Source of the DNA: an uncultured Pseudomonadota bacterium
GTDB taxonomy: Bacteria > Oederibacteriota > Muellerivitia > Muellerivitales > Muellerivitaceae
Reading direction: 5' to 3'
DNA length: 64,000 nucleotides
NCBI GenBank assembly: GCA_963836235.1
Contig: CAWIIP010000002.1
Span: forward strand, 736,001 to 800,000
Made by a program: the position numbers and the translations under genes. Below the pieces are notes generated by a model. The model did not search any database. It saw only the letters and a list, made by a program, of their open reading frames with translations, and was not told the origin of the DNA. Of the stretch, positions 38,883 to 47,249 are shown piece by piece. How positions within the stretch are numbered: the stretch's first letter is position 1; each line of letters starts with the position of its first letter.

Positions 38883-39847
38883 TGCGACGCCTAGGCTCCT
38901 TCATTTTCCTCTTCGGCATCCTTTTGTTTCTACTTCTATTAAGGATGGTCGACCTGCCCGCCACCTGGAAGCTCCTGGAATCGGCCCAACTTTCCTGGGT
39001 CGCGGCGGCTTTCCTTTTCATTATTCCCGAGGTCGTGATCAAGGGCTTTAGGCTCATCGCCCTGACCCGGGTTTTCGGGTCCCACCTGACCTTCAAGAAC
39101 TCCATTTGGATTTACCTCTCCGGACAGCCCCTAGGCGCCGTCACCCCGGCCAAGCTGGGGGATATTGTTCGTGTCTTGGGCATCGGCAAGTGGGGAAAGC
39201 TCCGGCCCCACTCGGCTTTCGCGGTGCACGTGGCGGACAAGGTTTACGACCTCTTGGCCCTGGTTCTCCTGGCGGCCACCGGCCTCATCACCCTCATCGC
39301 CCAAAGCGAATTCAAGGGCCCGGCGGTGGCGGCCCTGATGGGCATCGGCATGGGCGTCCTTTTAATGGCGCTTTTCCTGAACCCCCAATGGATGCGCTAT
39401 ATCCTCAAGCCCCTGCTTCTCTTCCTGGCCCCCCAAAAGCTGGCGGAGCAATTGAGCGCCCATGGCCGGGAATTCTATAAAGACCTCCTAACCCTCTTCC
39501 AGCCTTCCCACCGCCTGGTTTGGCCCTTCTTTCTTTCCCTGAGCGCCTGGACGGTGGTTTTGGTCCGCACTTATTTTTGCTCCCTGGCGGTGGGCTTGCC
39601 CCTTTCTTTCATCACCATCGCCCTGCTTTTGCCCATCGTCATTGTGATAGAATTCCTGCCGATCACCATTTTGGGTTTCGGAACCCGGGAGGCCGCCTTG
39701 TTCTTCCTATTCGCCACGCCGCAGGTTTCCACCGCCGGACTGCTTTCCTTTTCCTTGATGACCGTCCTGGCCGGGCCCCTTTTGACTTCCCTGGTCGGTA
39801 TCCCTTGCGCCATGCGGCTGGGTTCCGCCGTGGGGGCCAAATCATGA
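38882..39847 (+). CDS. lysylphosphatidylglycerol synthase TM domain / flippase-like protein
   Basis: VTPAKLGDIVR, DKVYD, LPITILGFGTREAA; multiple TM helices. Confidence 0.88.
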   Translation: MRRLGSFIFLFGILLFLLLLRMVDLPATWKLLESAQLSWVAAAFLFIIPEVVIKGFRLIALTRVFGSHLTFKNSIWIYLSGQPLGAVTPAKLGDIVRVLGIGKWGKLRPHSAFAVHVADKVYDLLALVLLAATGLITLIAQSEFKGPAVAALMGIGMGVLLMALFLNPQWMRYILKPLLLFLAPQKLAEQLSAHGREFYKDLLTLFQPSHRLVWPFFLSLSAWTVVLVRTYFCSLAVGLPLSFITIALLLPIVIVIEFLPITILGFGTREAALFFLFATPQVSTAGLLSFSLMTVLAGPLLTSLVGIPCAMRLGSAVGAKS

Positions 39848-40878
39848 GCCTTTCCTATAGCGTGGTCATCGCCGTGGACCGCACCGACAAGCCCCTTCCC
39901 GTTTTGGAAGGCTTGAAACAACTGCCACCCAGTGAAAAGCCACGGGAGATCTACGCCTGCGTGGGCAAGAATCCTTCCCTCCAGAGAAACCTGGGCGTCC
40001 AGCAATGCAAAACCGACCTGGTTTATTTTTTGGATGACGACAGTTTCGTTTGCTCCGGTACCGTCAAGCACCTTTCCTCCCACTTTGAGGACAATCGCAC
40101 CGCGGTGGCGGGCGGTCCCAACCTGGTCCCTCCCGACGCCATCTCCTTCGAGAAGACCGTCAACGCGGTTTTGGCCTCCTGGATGGGCAGCTTCAAGGTG
40201 AGAAACCGCTACGCCGCCATCGGTTCCGTCAAGGAAGCCACGGAGAAGGACCTGATCCTTTGCAACATGATGGTGCGCCGGAAGGCCTTTTTAACCGAGA
40301 GCGGTTTTCGGGTCGATCTTTATCCCAACGAGGAAAATGAGTTCTTGAACCGGCTTCTCCACAAGGGCTATCGGCTGGTTTATGACCCCCGCGGGGCCGT
40401 CTACCGTTCCCGCCGGAAGTCCCTGGGGGCCTTTTGCTGGCAGGCCTTCCGCTATGGCCGGGGCCGGGCCCGGCAAATGAAGATTTATCCCTGCTTCTCG
40501 GACATCGTGCACCTGGCCCCCGCATTTTTGCTTTTTTACCTGGTGACCCTGGTCTCGGCCTTTATCCCGAATCTTCCCGCCCTCTATAGTTCGGTTGTCC
40601 GTTCCCCTCTTTGGTGGTTGCCCATGGGGCTCTTTCTTTTGGGCGCCATTGGAACAGGCGTTTCGGCGGCTTCCTGGCACCGGCGTTTCATGGACTCCTT
40701 CAAGGTTCCGATCCTGATTTTCCTCAGGCACTTCTTTTACGGATGGGGCCTCATCGCCGGTTTCTTCACCTCCATCCCCAAACCACCCCTTGACGTGAAG
40801 GTCTTCAAGATTCAAAAGGGGCCCAAGGGAAGCCGGTTTGTTCCCCTTTCCCCAAGGTCTCCCAAGCGCAACCCTTAA
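39844..40878 (+). CDS. glycosyltransferase family 2 with C-terminal TM helices
   Basis: QRNLG, YFLDDD, GGP, CNM, PNEENE, QAFRYGRGR; start ATG 39844. Confidence 0.9.
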   Translation: MSLSYSVVIAVDRTDKPLPVLEGLKQLPPSEKPREIYACVGKNPSLQRNLGVQQCKTDLVYFLDDDSFVCSGTVKHLSSHFEDNRTAVAGGPNLVPPDAISFEKTVNAVLASWMGSFKVRNRYAAIGSVKEATEKDLILCNMMVRRKAFLTESGFRVDLYPNEENEFLNRLLHKGYRLVYDPRGAVYRSRRKSLGAFCWQAFRYGRGRARQMKIYPCFSDIVHLAPAFLLFYLVTLVSAFIPNLPALYSSVVRSPLWWLPMGLFLLGAIGTGVSAASWHRRFMDSFKVPILIFLRHFFYGWGLIAGFFTSIPKPPLDVKVFKIQKGPKGSRFVPLSPRSPKRNP

Positions 40879-40914
40879 CAGCATGCTGAAAAAATCCGAA
40901 AGGCGGCCCCACTT

Positions 40915-43188
40915 ATGGAATTAACCACCCACCGAAAAACGGCCCTGACGTCCCTGGGACTTTACCTAGCCGTCGCCTTTGTGGCCTTTTTTCCTTCCCT
41001 GATCCTGGGCAAAGTCTACTTCGCCAACGACCTTTTAAACCAATACAGCCATTTCCGGGCCCTCTTGAAAAGCCAGCTGGCCATGGGCCACTTCCCCCTT
41101 TGGAACCCCTATTTTTTCGGGGGCCAGCCCTTCTTCGCCGACCCCAACGTGATGATGTGCTATCCCCTAACCTATCTCACCCTGATCTTTCCCATTCCCT
41201 ACGGTTTGGGTGTCTTTTTTTTCCTGCATATGTTCCTCGCGGCCTGGGGAATGCATCTTTGGCTTAAAAGCCTGCGCTTATCCGCGGGCGCTTGCCGCCT
41301 GGGCGCCCTGACCTTCGCCCTTTCCGGAGTTTTCTGGTGGGAATTGATCCATCCCCCCATCCTGGCCGCCTATACCTGGTTTCCCTGGCTTCTCTTGACC
41401 CTGGAACACTTGGCCCAAAAGCTGGAAAAGGGCTGGGCCTTCCTTTCCGGCCTTTGTTTCGCGGTCATCTTCTGTTGCGGGAATTTCCAATCGACGACTT
41501 GCGTTCTCTATACCGCCTTGCTTTATTTCTTTTTCCGTTTTTGGACAAGGGATGAAGCCACCCCCCTTTGGCCCTGGAAGAAGTTAGTGGCGGCCTTCCT
41601 ATTTATCCTTTGGGGTGGATTGCCCCTGGCTTGCCATTTCATACCTGCTTATGAATTTTCAAAATACACCAACCGTCAGGACGCCAACCAGACCTACGAT
41701 CACTTCAACGGGCAATTTTCCATGGTTCCCTCGACAAGCTATGAGTTCCTTTATCCCAGCCTGGGAGTTCCACCCGGAAGCAACATTGAGCTGGCGATCC
41801 AGCAAATTACCGACCAGGTCAATGTCGGGAACGACTTCCTCGGAGCCTTCGGCTACTTGGGAATCTGGGCGCCTTTCCTCATGGCATTAGCTTTCAAGCG
41901 GAAGGAGAAAAAATTCCTCATCTTCCTGGCAGGAGTGGCTTTTTTATCCGTCCTGACCGCCTGGGGGCGCTATACGCCCTTGCACCGCCTGGAATGCCTC
42001 TTGATGCCGGGAGTCAACTTGAGCCGGGCGCCTTTCCGCTTTGTCCAGGCCTACCTGCTTTTCGCCTGTGTCCTCCTGGCCTTCGGTTACCAGACCCTGG
42101 AAAGGGGATTCGCCGAAACGGGCCGCCGTTCCAACGCGGTTTGGTTTGCCTTGATTTACGCCTTTTTGCTTTTCGTCCCAACCTTCGTGAATCCCGGCCA
42201 AACTTGGCGTGAAATGCTGGCCCTGGGGCTAGGGCTGGGAGGCTTCCTTTTAATATTTTTAACGGAGTCCTGGAAACCCTTGGGCAAAAGCCTTCTCCAA
42301 GGCGCCTTGCTTTTTCCCCTTCTGCTCACCGGTTGGTCCGATTTCAGTTTGGGGCCCGCCTCCAATTTCAATTACGAGGAAAATTTCCCCGCTTTTACCT
42401 ATCTCAAGCAGAACTCAAGCCTGGGCCGCTACGATTTTGACCAAAGCCTGTTCTATCCCGTGCAAATGGGCAACGCCAATTACCGTTGGACCTTTCCCCA
42501 GGACGCTCCCATGGAATTCGGAATCCGGGACAGCGGCGGCTATAACCCGATTTACCTCCTCAAACCCATGACCCTCAAGTCCCTGCCCCTTCAAAATTTC
42601 GTGAGGCTTATGGCCATCCGCGGTTTTCTTCTGGGCCGGGACGCGGGCGAGATGAAAGGTTTTGACCGCCAGGTGATGGGAGAGGTTTACTATTACGGGG
42701 TGCAGGTCCCCTCCAGTTTCGTCACGGCTCCTTTCCAATGGAAAGTCGTTCCCGACGATCAGGCCATGATCACGGAAATGAAAAACCCGGATTTCGATCC
42801 GGCGAACCAAGTGTTTTTATCCGAAACGCCTCCCCCCGACATAGCCGCCAAACTAACGGGCCAAAAGGCCTCCCTTCAATATGACTGGGTGAAAAACGAC
42901 ATGAACGAGGAATCGTTCCAGATTCGCCTGGACCGGGATAGTTGGGTATTTTTCTCGGAAGTCATGTTTCCCGGATGGAAGGCGAAAGTGGATGGAAACC
43001 CATCGGAAATTTTCACCGGCAATTCCACCTTCCGGACCTTGTTCATTCCGGCCGGGGAACACTTGGCCGAATTTTATTATGAGCCCGTCTGGGCCCAACC
43101 GCTTCTGGTGGGATTTATTCTTTGGTTGATTTCAGCCCTGGGTTACGCCTTTTATTCCATGCGGGCCAAACCCGCCGCAAATGCTTAA
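40915..43188 (+). CDS. YfhO-like GT-C membrane protein
   Basis: ND...PLWNPYFFGGQPFFAD, YLG, RAPFRF, GYNP, SEVMFPGWKAKVDG C-terminal motif. Confidence 0.88.
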   Translation: MELTTHRKTALTSLGLYLAVAFVAFFPSLILGKVYFANDLLNQYSHFRALLKSQLAMGHFPLWNPYFFGGQPFFADPNVMMCYPLTYLTLIFPIPYGLGVFFFLHMFLAAWGMHLWLKSLRLSAGACRLGALTFALSGVFWWELIHPPILAAYTWFPWLLLTLEHLAQKLEKGWAFLSGLCFAVIFCCGNFQSTTCVLYTALLYFFFRFWTRDEATPLWPWKKLVAAFLFILWGGLPLACHFIPAYEFSKYTNRQDANQTYDHFNGQFSMVPSTSYEFLYPSLGVPPGSNIELAIQQITDQVNVGNDFLGAFGYLGIWAPFLMALAFKRKEKKFLIFLAGVAFLSVLTAWGRYTPLHRLECLLMPGVNLSRAPFRFVQAYLLFACVLLAFGYQTLERGFAETGRRSNAVWFALIYAFLLFVPTFVNPGQTWREMLALGLGLGGFLLIFLTESWKPLGKSLLQGALLFPLLLTGWSDFSLGPASNFNYEENFPAFTYLKQNSSLGRYDFDQSLFYPVQMGNANYRWTFPQDAPMEFGIRDSGGYNPIYLLKPMTLKSLPLQNFVRLMAIRGFLLGRDAGEMKGFDRQVMGEVYYYGVQVPSSFVTAPFQWKVVPDDQAMITEMKNPDFDPANQVFLSETPPPDIAAKLTGQKASLQYDWVKNDMNEESFQIRLDRDSWVFFSEVMFPGWKAKVDGNPSEIFTGNSTFRTLFIPAGEHLAEFYYEPVWAQPLLVGFILWLISALGYAFYSMRAKPAANA

Positions 43189-45481
43189 TCCCTTCGGCCA
43201 AGACGGGAACGAAGAATCCGCTCTTCCCCGAAAAAGCTTTTTTCTTTATCTCGTGCTTTCCCTTCTGGCTTTTTACCCTTGTCTTTTTCAAGGAAAAGCC
43301 TATTTCGACAACGATCTTTTGGCCCAATTTGGGCCCTGGAGGGCCTTTTTAAGGGATCAATTGGCCCATGGCCATTTCCCCCTCTGGAACCCCTATTCCC
43401 TGGGCGGGCAGCCCTTTTTCGCCGACCTCCAAAACATGATGCTCTATCCTTTCAATTACCTGACCCTTCCCTTTTCCATACCTGTGGGTCTAAGCCTTTT
43501 TTTCCTGATTCATCTTCTTTGGGCGGCCTTCGGCATGCATTTATGGCTGAAGTCCATGGGCCTATCCGAAAACTCCTGCCGGGTCGGCGCCCTTTTGTTT
43601 TCCCTTTCGGGTTTTTTTTGGCTGGAGCTGATCCATCCGCCGGTTCTGGCGGCTTTCGCCTGGCTTCCTTGGCTTTTTTACCGCCTCGAACAATTGGCCA
43701 AAAACCAGAAACCGTCGAACGCTTTCGGGGCGGGTTTTGGCTTGGCCATGCTTTTTCTTTGCGGCAGTTTCCAGGTAACCGTGGGGGCCTTTTACGGCGG
43801 GCTGGCTTACTTTCTTTTCCGCTTCCTTTCGAATCATCAAAAAAGCGTGGCCCGATTATCCGTAAAGTCGCATTTGCTTTTTGGATTTTTTCTTCTTTGG
43901 GGGGCCTTACCCCTCTTGGGCCAGTTGATTCCAAGCCTGGAATTTTCCGCGCTCACCGACCGCCGCGCGCCGGGCCAAACCTACGAGCAATCTAACAGCC
44001 GTCTGCCCTTGAACCCCGCCACCCTTTACCAGTTTTTCCTCCCCCGCCTTACCGTTCCCGAGGGCAAGGAGATGGCCGAGGCCATCCAGTTCGGCAACAC
44101 GAATGGGGAGACCCACCTGGCCGCGAATTTAGGTTACCTGGGTATTTGGCTTCCTCTTTTTATTTTTTGGGCTTTCGGGCACAAGGAAAAGAACTTGGTG
44201 CGCTATCTGGGAGGTTTCGCCCTCTTTTCGCTGTTGCTTTGTTTCGGCGGCTATACTCCTCTTCACCGGATTCTTTGCGACCTCTTACCCGGGCTTTCGA
44301 TCATCCGGGTTCCCTATCGTTTCTTGTTTCTTTACGTCCTTGCCGCCTCGGCTTTGGCGGCTTTTGGTTTTGAGCAACGCTTATCGGAAGACCCGCCAAA
44401 AACCGAAATCTTTCACCGCCTGAAAACCCCGCTCGTCTATGCCTTTGTCTTGTACTTGGCGGCCCTTTGGAGGCCTTCCATGAACTGGAGGGAAATTCTG
44501 GGGCTGACCCTGGGGACTATCGCCCTTTTCCTACCGGCCTTCACCATTCCAAAATTAAAAACCCTCTCGTCTCTCTTGTGGGCGGGCGCCCTGGTCCTGC
44601 CCTTACTCTTGAGCGGCTTGGATGACTTCAAACCCGCGTCCGCGTCCAATTTCGATTTCGCCCAAAATTCCAAGGGGCTGGTGGAGGGCGCCCTCCGCTT
44701 GGGACCCTACCGGCTCATTTTCTATAATTCGACCATGGGATATCCCATCGAAGTGGGCGGGCGGGATTACATCCTGAATTATCCCCAAAACGCCGCCTGC
44801 GCCCTCCAAATCAAAAACTTCGGGGGCTACAATCCCTTAATGCTTCAAACCAAAAAGGACATCGGCACCCTCCCCTTGGGGCCTTTGGTTCAACTGGGGG
44901 CGATTCAAGGAGTTGTGACGGGAACCGCCAAAGGACCCTTGCCCGGTTTCAAACGGGAGTCCTTTCCCCCTTATTTTCTTTATGAATACGAAAAACCCTT
45001 GTCCTACGCTTATGCCCCCCAAAAACTGGTGATGGAACCTGATCCCCATCGCCGCTTGGCCCTATTGCAAAACCCGGGCTTTGACGCGGCCCAAACCGGG
45101 CTCCTCCCGGGGCCTTTTCCCGCCGAATGGACAAGCTCTTTGGAAAGCGGAAAACCCGCCGGGCTTCAATGCCGCTTTGAAAAGGATGAGGCGGACTTCC
45201 AAGCTTTTTCCCTGAACCTGGATCGCGCGAGCCTGGTCGTTTTTTGCGAGGTGATGTACCCGGGTTGGAAGGCTTTCATCGATGGACAAGCGGCGCCCCT
45301 TTACAATGCCGACTATTTTTTAAGAAGCGTTTACGTTCCTTCCGGGCAACACCGGGTGGAATTCCGGTTGGATCCCGCCTGGTGGCTTCCTCTTCGCGTC
45401 GGCTTGGCGATTTGGCTTTTGGTAACCCTGATGGGCCTTCTTTATATGGGACGTCCGGGCAAAGGAATCCAACGTGCGTAA
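43181..45481 (+). CDS. YfhO-like GT-C membrane protein (paralog of the upstream gene)
   Basis: ND...PLWNPYSLGGQPFFAD, RVPYRF, GYNP, EVMYPGWKAFIDG. Confidence 0.88.
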   Translation: MLNPFGQDGNEESALPRKSFFLYLVLSLLAFYPCLFQGKAYFDNDLLAQFGPWRAFLRDQLAHGHFPLWNPYSLGGQPFFADLQNMMLYPFNYLTLPFSIPVGLSLFFLIHLLWAAFGMHLWLKSMGLSENSCRVGALLFSLSGFFWLELIHPPVLAAFAWLPWLFYRLEQLAKNQKPSNAFGAGFGLAMLFLCGSFQVTVGAFYGGLAYFLFRFLSNHQKSVARLSVKSHLLFGFFLLWGALPLLGQLIPSLEFSALTDRRAPGQTYEQSNSRLPLNPATLYQFFLPRLTVPEGKEMAEAIQFGNTNGETHLAANLGYLGIWLPLFIFWAFGHKEKNLVRYLGGFALFSLLLCFGGYTPLHRILCDLLPGLSIIRVPYRFLFLYVLAASALAAFGFEQRLSEDPPKTEIFHRLKTPLVYAFVLYLAALWRPSMNWREILGLTLGTIALFLPAFTIPKLKTLSSLLWAGALVLPLLLSGLDDFKPASASNFDFAQNSKGLVEGALRLGPYRLIFYNSTMGYPIEVGGRDYILNYPQNAACALQIKNFGGYNPLMLQTKKDIGTLPLGPLVQLGAIQGVVTGTAKGPLPGFKRESFPPYFLYEYEKPLSYAYAPQKLVMEPDPHRRLALLQNPGFDAAQTGLLPGPFPAEWTSSLESGKPAGLQCRFEKDEADFQAFSLNLDRASLVVFCEVMYPGWKAFIDGQAAPLYNADYFLRSVYVPSGQHRVEFRLDPAWWLPLRVGLAIWLLVTLMGLLYMGRPGKGIQRA

Positions 45482-46334
45482 TCCCTTGTTTTCGTTACTC
45501 CAAAAAGTTTATTACGGCATCGGCGGGCATGGCTTGGGCCGGATCAAGCCCCTACGCTGGGCTTATGGGATCCTTTTTGGGCTTTTAAAACCCCGTTCGG
45601 TGATGGTCCAGGGCCACCGTATGTGGCTGGATGACAAGGACACCCTGGAGTTGGCGAATCACGAGGTTTATGAACCAGTTGAAACTGAAATTTTTAAAGG
45701 GGAGATCAAGGCCGGGGACAGGGTTTTGGACATCGGCGCCAATATCGGCTACTACACCCTCATTGCCGCCCATCTGGTAGGCCCCCAGGGCAAGGTTTAC
45801 GCCTTTGAACCCGATCCCGCTAATTTCCGCCTTCTCCAAAAAAACGTGGAAGCCAACGGCTATACCAATGTCGTTTTAGTGAACAAGGCCCTCTCGAACA
45901 AAAACGGAAAGATCCGCCTTTACTTGAATCCTTCCAACCGGGGTGACCACCGGGTTTACGACTCGAAAGACGGGCGTTCCTCCATAGAAATTGAAACGGT
46001 GGCCCTCGACCGTTTTTTTAAACCCTTGGACAAGAAAATTCATTTCATTAAAATGGATATCCAAGGAGCCGAAGCTTTGGCGCTGGCGGGCATGAAGGGA
46101 TTGATCCGAAGAAATAAGGGATTAAAGCTCGTCACCGAATTTTCCCCCGCTTCCCTTAAACTGGCCGGAAGCCGTCCCGAGAATTATTTAAACAGCCTCA
46201 AGTCCATGGGGTTCGGTTTTTTCGAGATATCCGAGAGGAAAAAGTCGGTCCAGCCGGTGAAAGCTAACCAGTTGTTGAAACGCTCCTGGGGCGGGAGTGA
46301 GGATTACACCAATTTGTTTTGCGTGAAAAAATAG
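45474..46334 (+). CDS. FkbM family methyltransferase
   Basis: VLDIGANIGYY, YAFEP, IKMDIQGAE. Confidence 0.93.
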   Translation: MRNPLFSLLQKVYYGIGGHGLGRIKPLRWAYGILFGLLKPRSVMVQGHRMWLDDKDTLELANHEVYEPVETEIFKGEIKAGDRVLDIGANIGYYTLIAAHLVGPQGKVYAFEPDPANFRLLQKNVEANGYTNVVLVNKALSNKNGKIRLYLNPSNRGDHRVYDSKDGRSSIEIETVALDRFFKPLDKKIHFIKMDIQGAEALALAGMKGLIRRNKGLKLVTEFSPASLKLAGSRPENYLNSLKSMGFGFFEISERKKSVQPVKANQLLKRSWGGSEDYTNLFCVKK

Positions 46335-46346
46335 CCAAGGACTTCC

Positions 46347-47249
46347 ATGCTCTCTAAAAACCAATTCGTCCGTTCCCATGGTTTGGGAAACGACTATCTC
46401 GTGATGGACCCGGCCTCCCTTTCCTTTGATTTAACCCCCCAGAACATCATCCGGGTTTGTAACCGTAATACCGGCGTGGGTTCGGACGGCATCCTAGCCC
46501 TGGAGAAATCCGATTCTTCCCTGGCCCGCCTGCGGATTTATAACCCGGATGGAAGCGAAGCCGAAAAGAGCGGCAACGGCCTGAGGATTTTTTGCAAATT
46601 TCTCTTCGAGCATGGTTACACCGAGAAAACTTATTTCGAGATCGAGACGGCCGGAGGCAAGGTCCAGGCCCAACTGCACTTGGTGGTGGGCAAAGCCGCG
46701 GCGGTAACCGTGGATATGGGCAAGGCCGAATTCGCCGCCGGGAAGATTCCGGTGAATGTTCCTAATAGCGAAGCGGAAGTCATCGATAAGCTGATTCCTC
46801 CCATCAAGCCGGGCGACAGTTTCCGGATTAACTGCGTTTCCATGGGAAATCCTCACTGCGTGGTTTTCGTAGGCAATATCGAGGAAGCTGAATCCCTGGC
46901 CCACGAATATGGCCCTTTGTTCGAAAATCATCCCCTCTTCCCGAACCGCACCAACGTCCAATTCGCCGTGGTCAACAACCGTAAAGAGGTTAGTATCCGC
47001 ATTTGGGAAAGGGGTGCCGGCTATACCCTGGCTTCCGGTTCTTCCTCCTGCGCCGTGGCCGCTGTTTGCGTGAAAACGGGCAAAACCGACAGGGAATTGA
47101 CCCTTCATATGCCCGGAGGTGACCTGGCCTTGAAGGTCAACGATAACTTTGATTTGACCATGCGCGGACCCGTGGAGGAAATCTGCTTGGGAACGGTGAC
47201 CGGAGAATTACTCCAATTCCTTGAAAAAAACGCCCATCGAAAAGTCTAG
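46347..47249 (+). CDS. dapF: diaminopimelate epimerase family protein (Ser/Ser active-site variant)
   Basis: HGLGNDY, GVGSDG, NPDGSEAEKSGNG, SMGNPH, WERGAGYTLASGSSSC. Confidence 0.85.
   Translation: MLSKNQFVRSHGLGNDYLVMDPASLSFDLTPQNIIRVCNRNTGVGSDGILALEKSDSSLARLRIYNPDGSEAEKSGNGLRIFCKFLFEHGYTEKTYFEIETAGGKVQAQLHLVVGKAAAVTVDMGKAEFAAGKIPVNVPNSEAEVIDKLIPPIKPGDSFRINCVSMGNPHCVVFVGNIEEAESLAHEYGPLFENHPLFPNRTNVQFAVVNNRKEVSIRIWERGAGYTLASGSSSCAVAAVCVKTGKTDRELTLHMPGGDLALKVNDNFDLTMRGPVEEICLGTVTGELLQFLEKNAHRKV

Noticed and set aside
39520-39843. N-terminal extension of the GT2 ORF (similar extensions at 9434, 21647, 37043 and 49886)
   Set aside because: Extensions overlap upstream genes or promoters; better starts with RBS or translational coupling exist downstream
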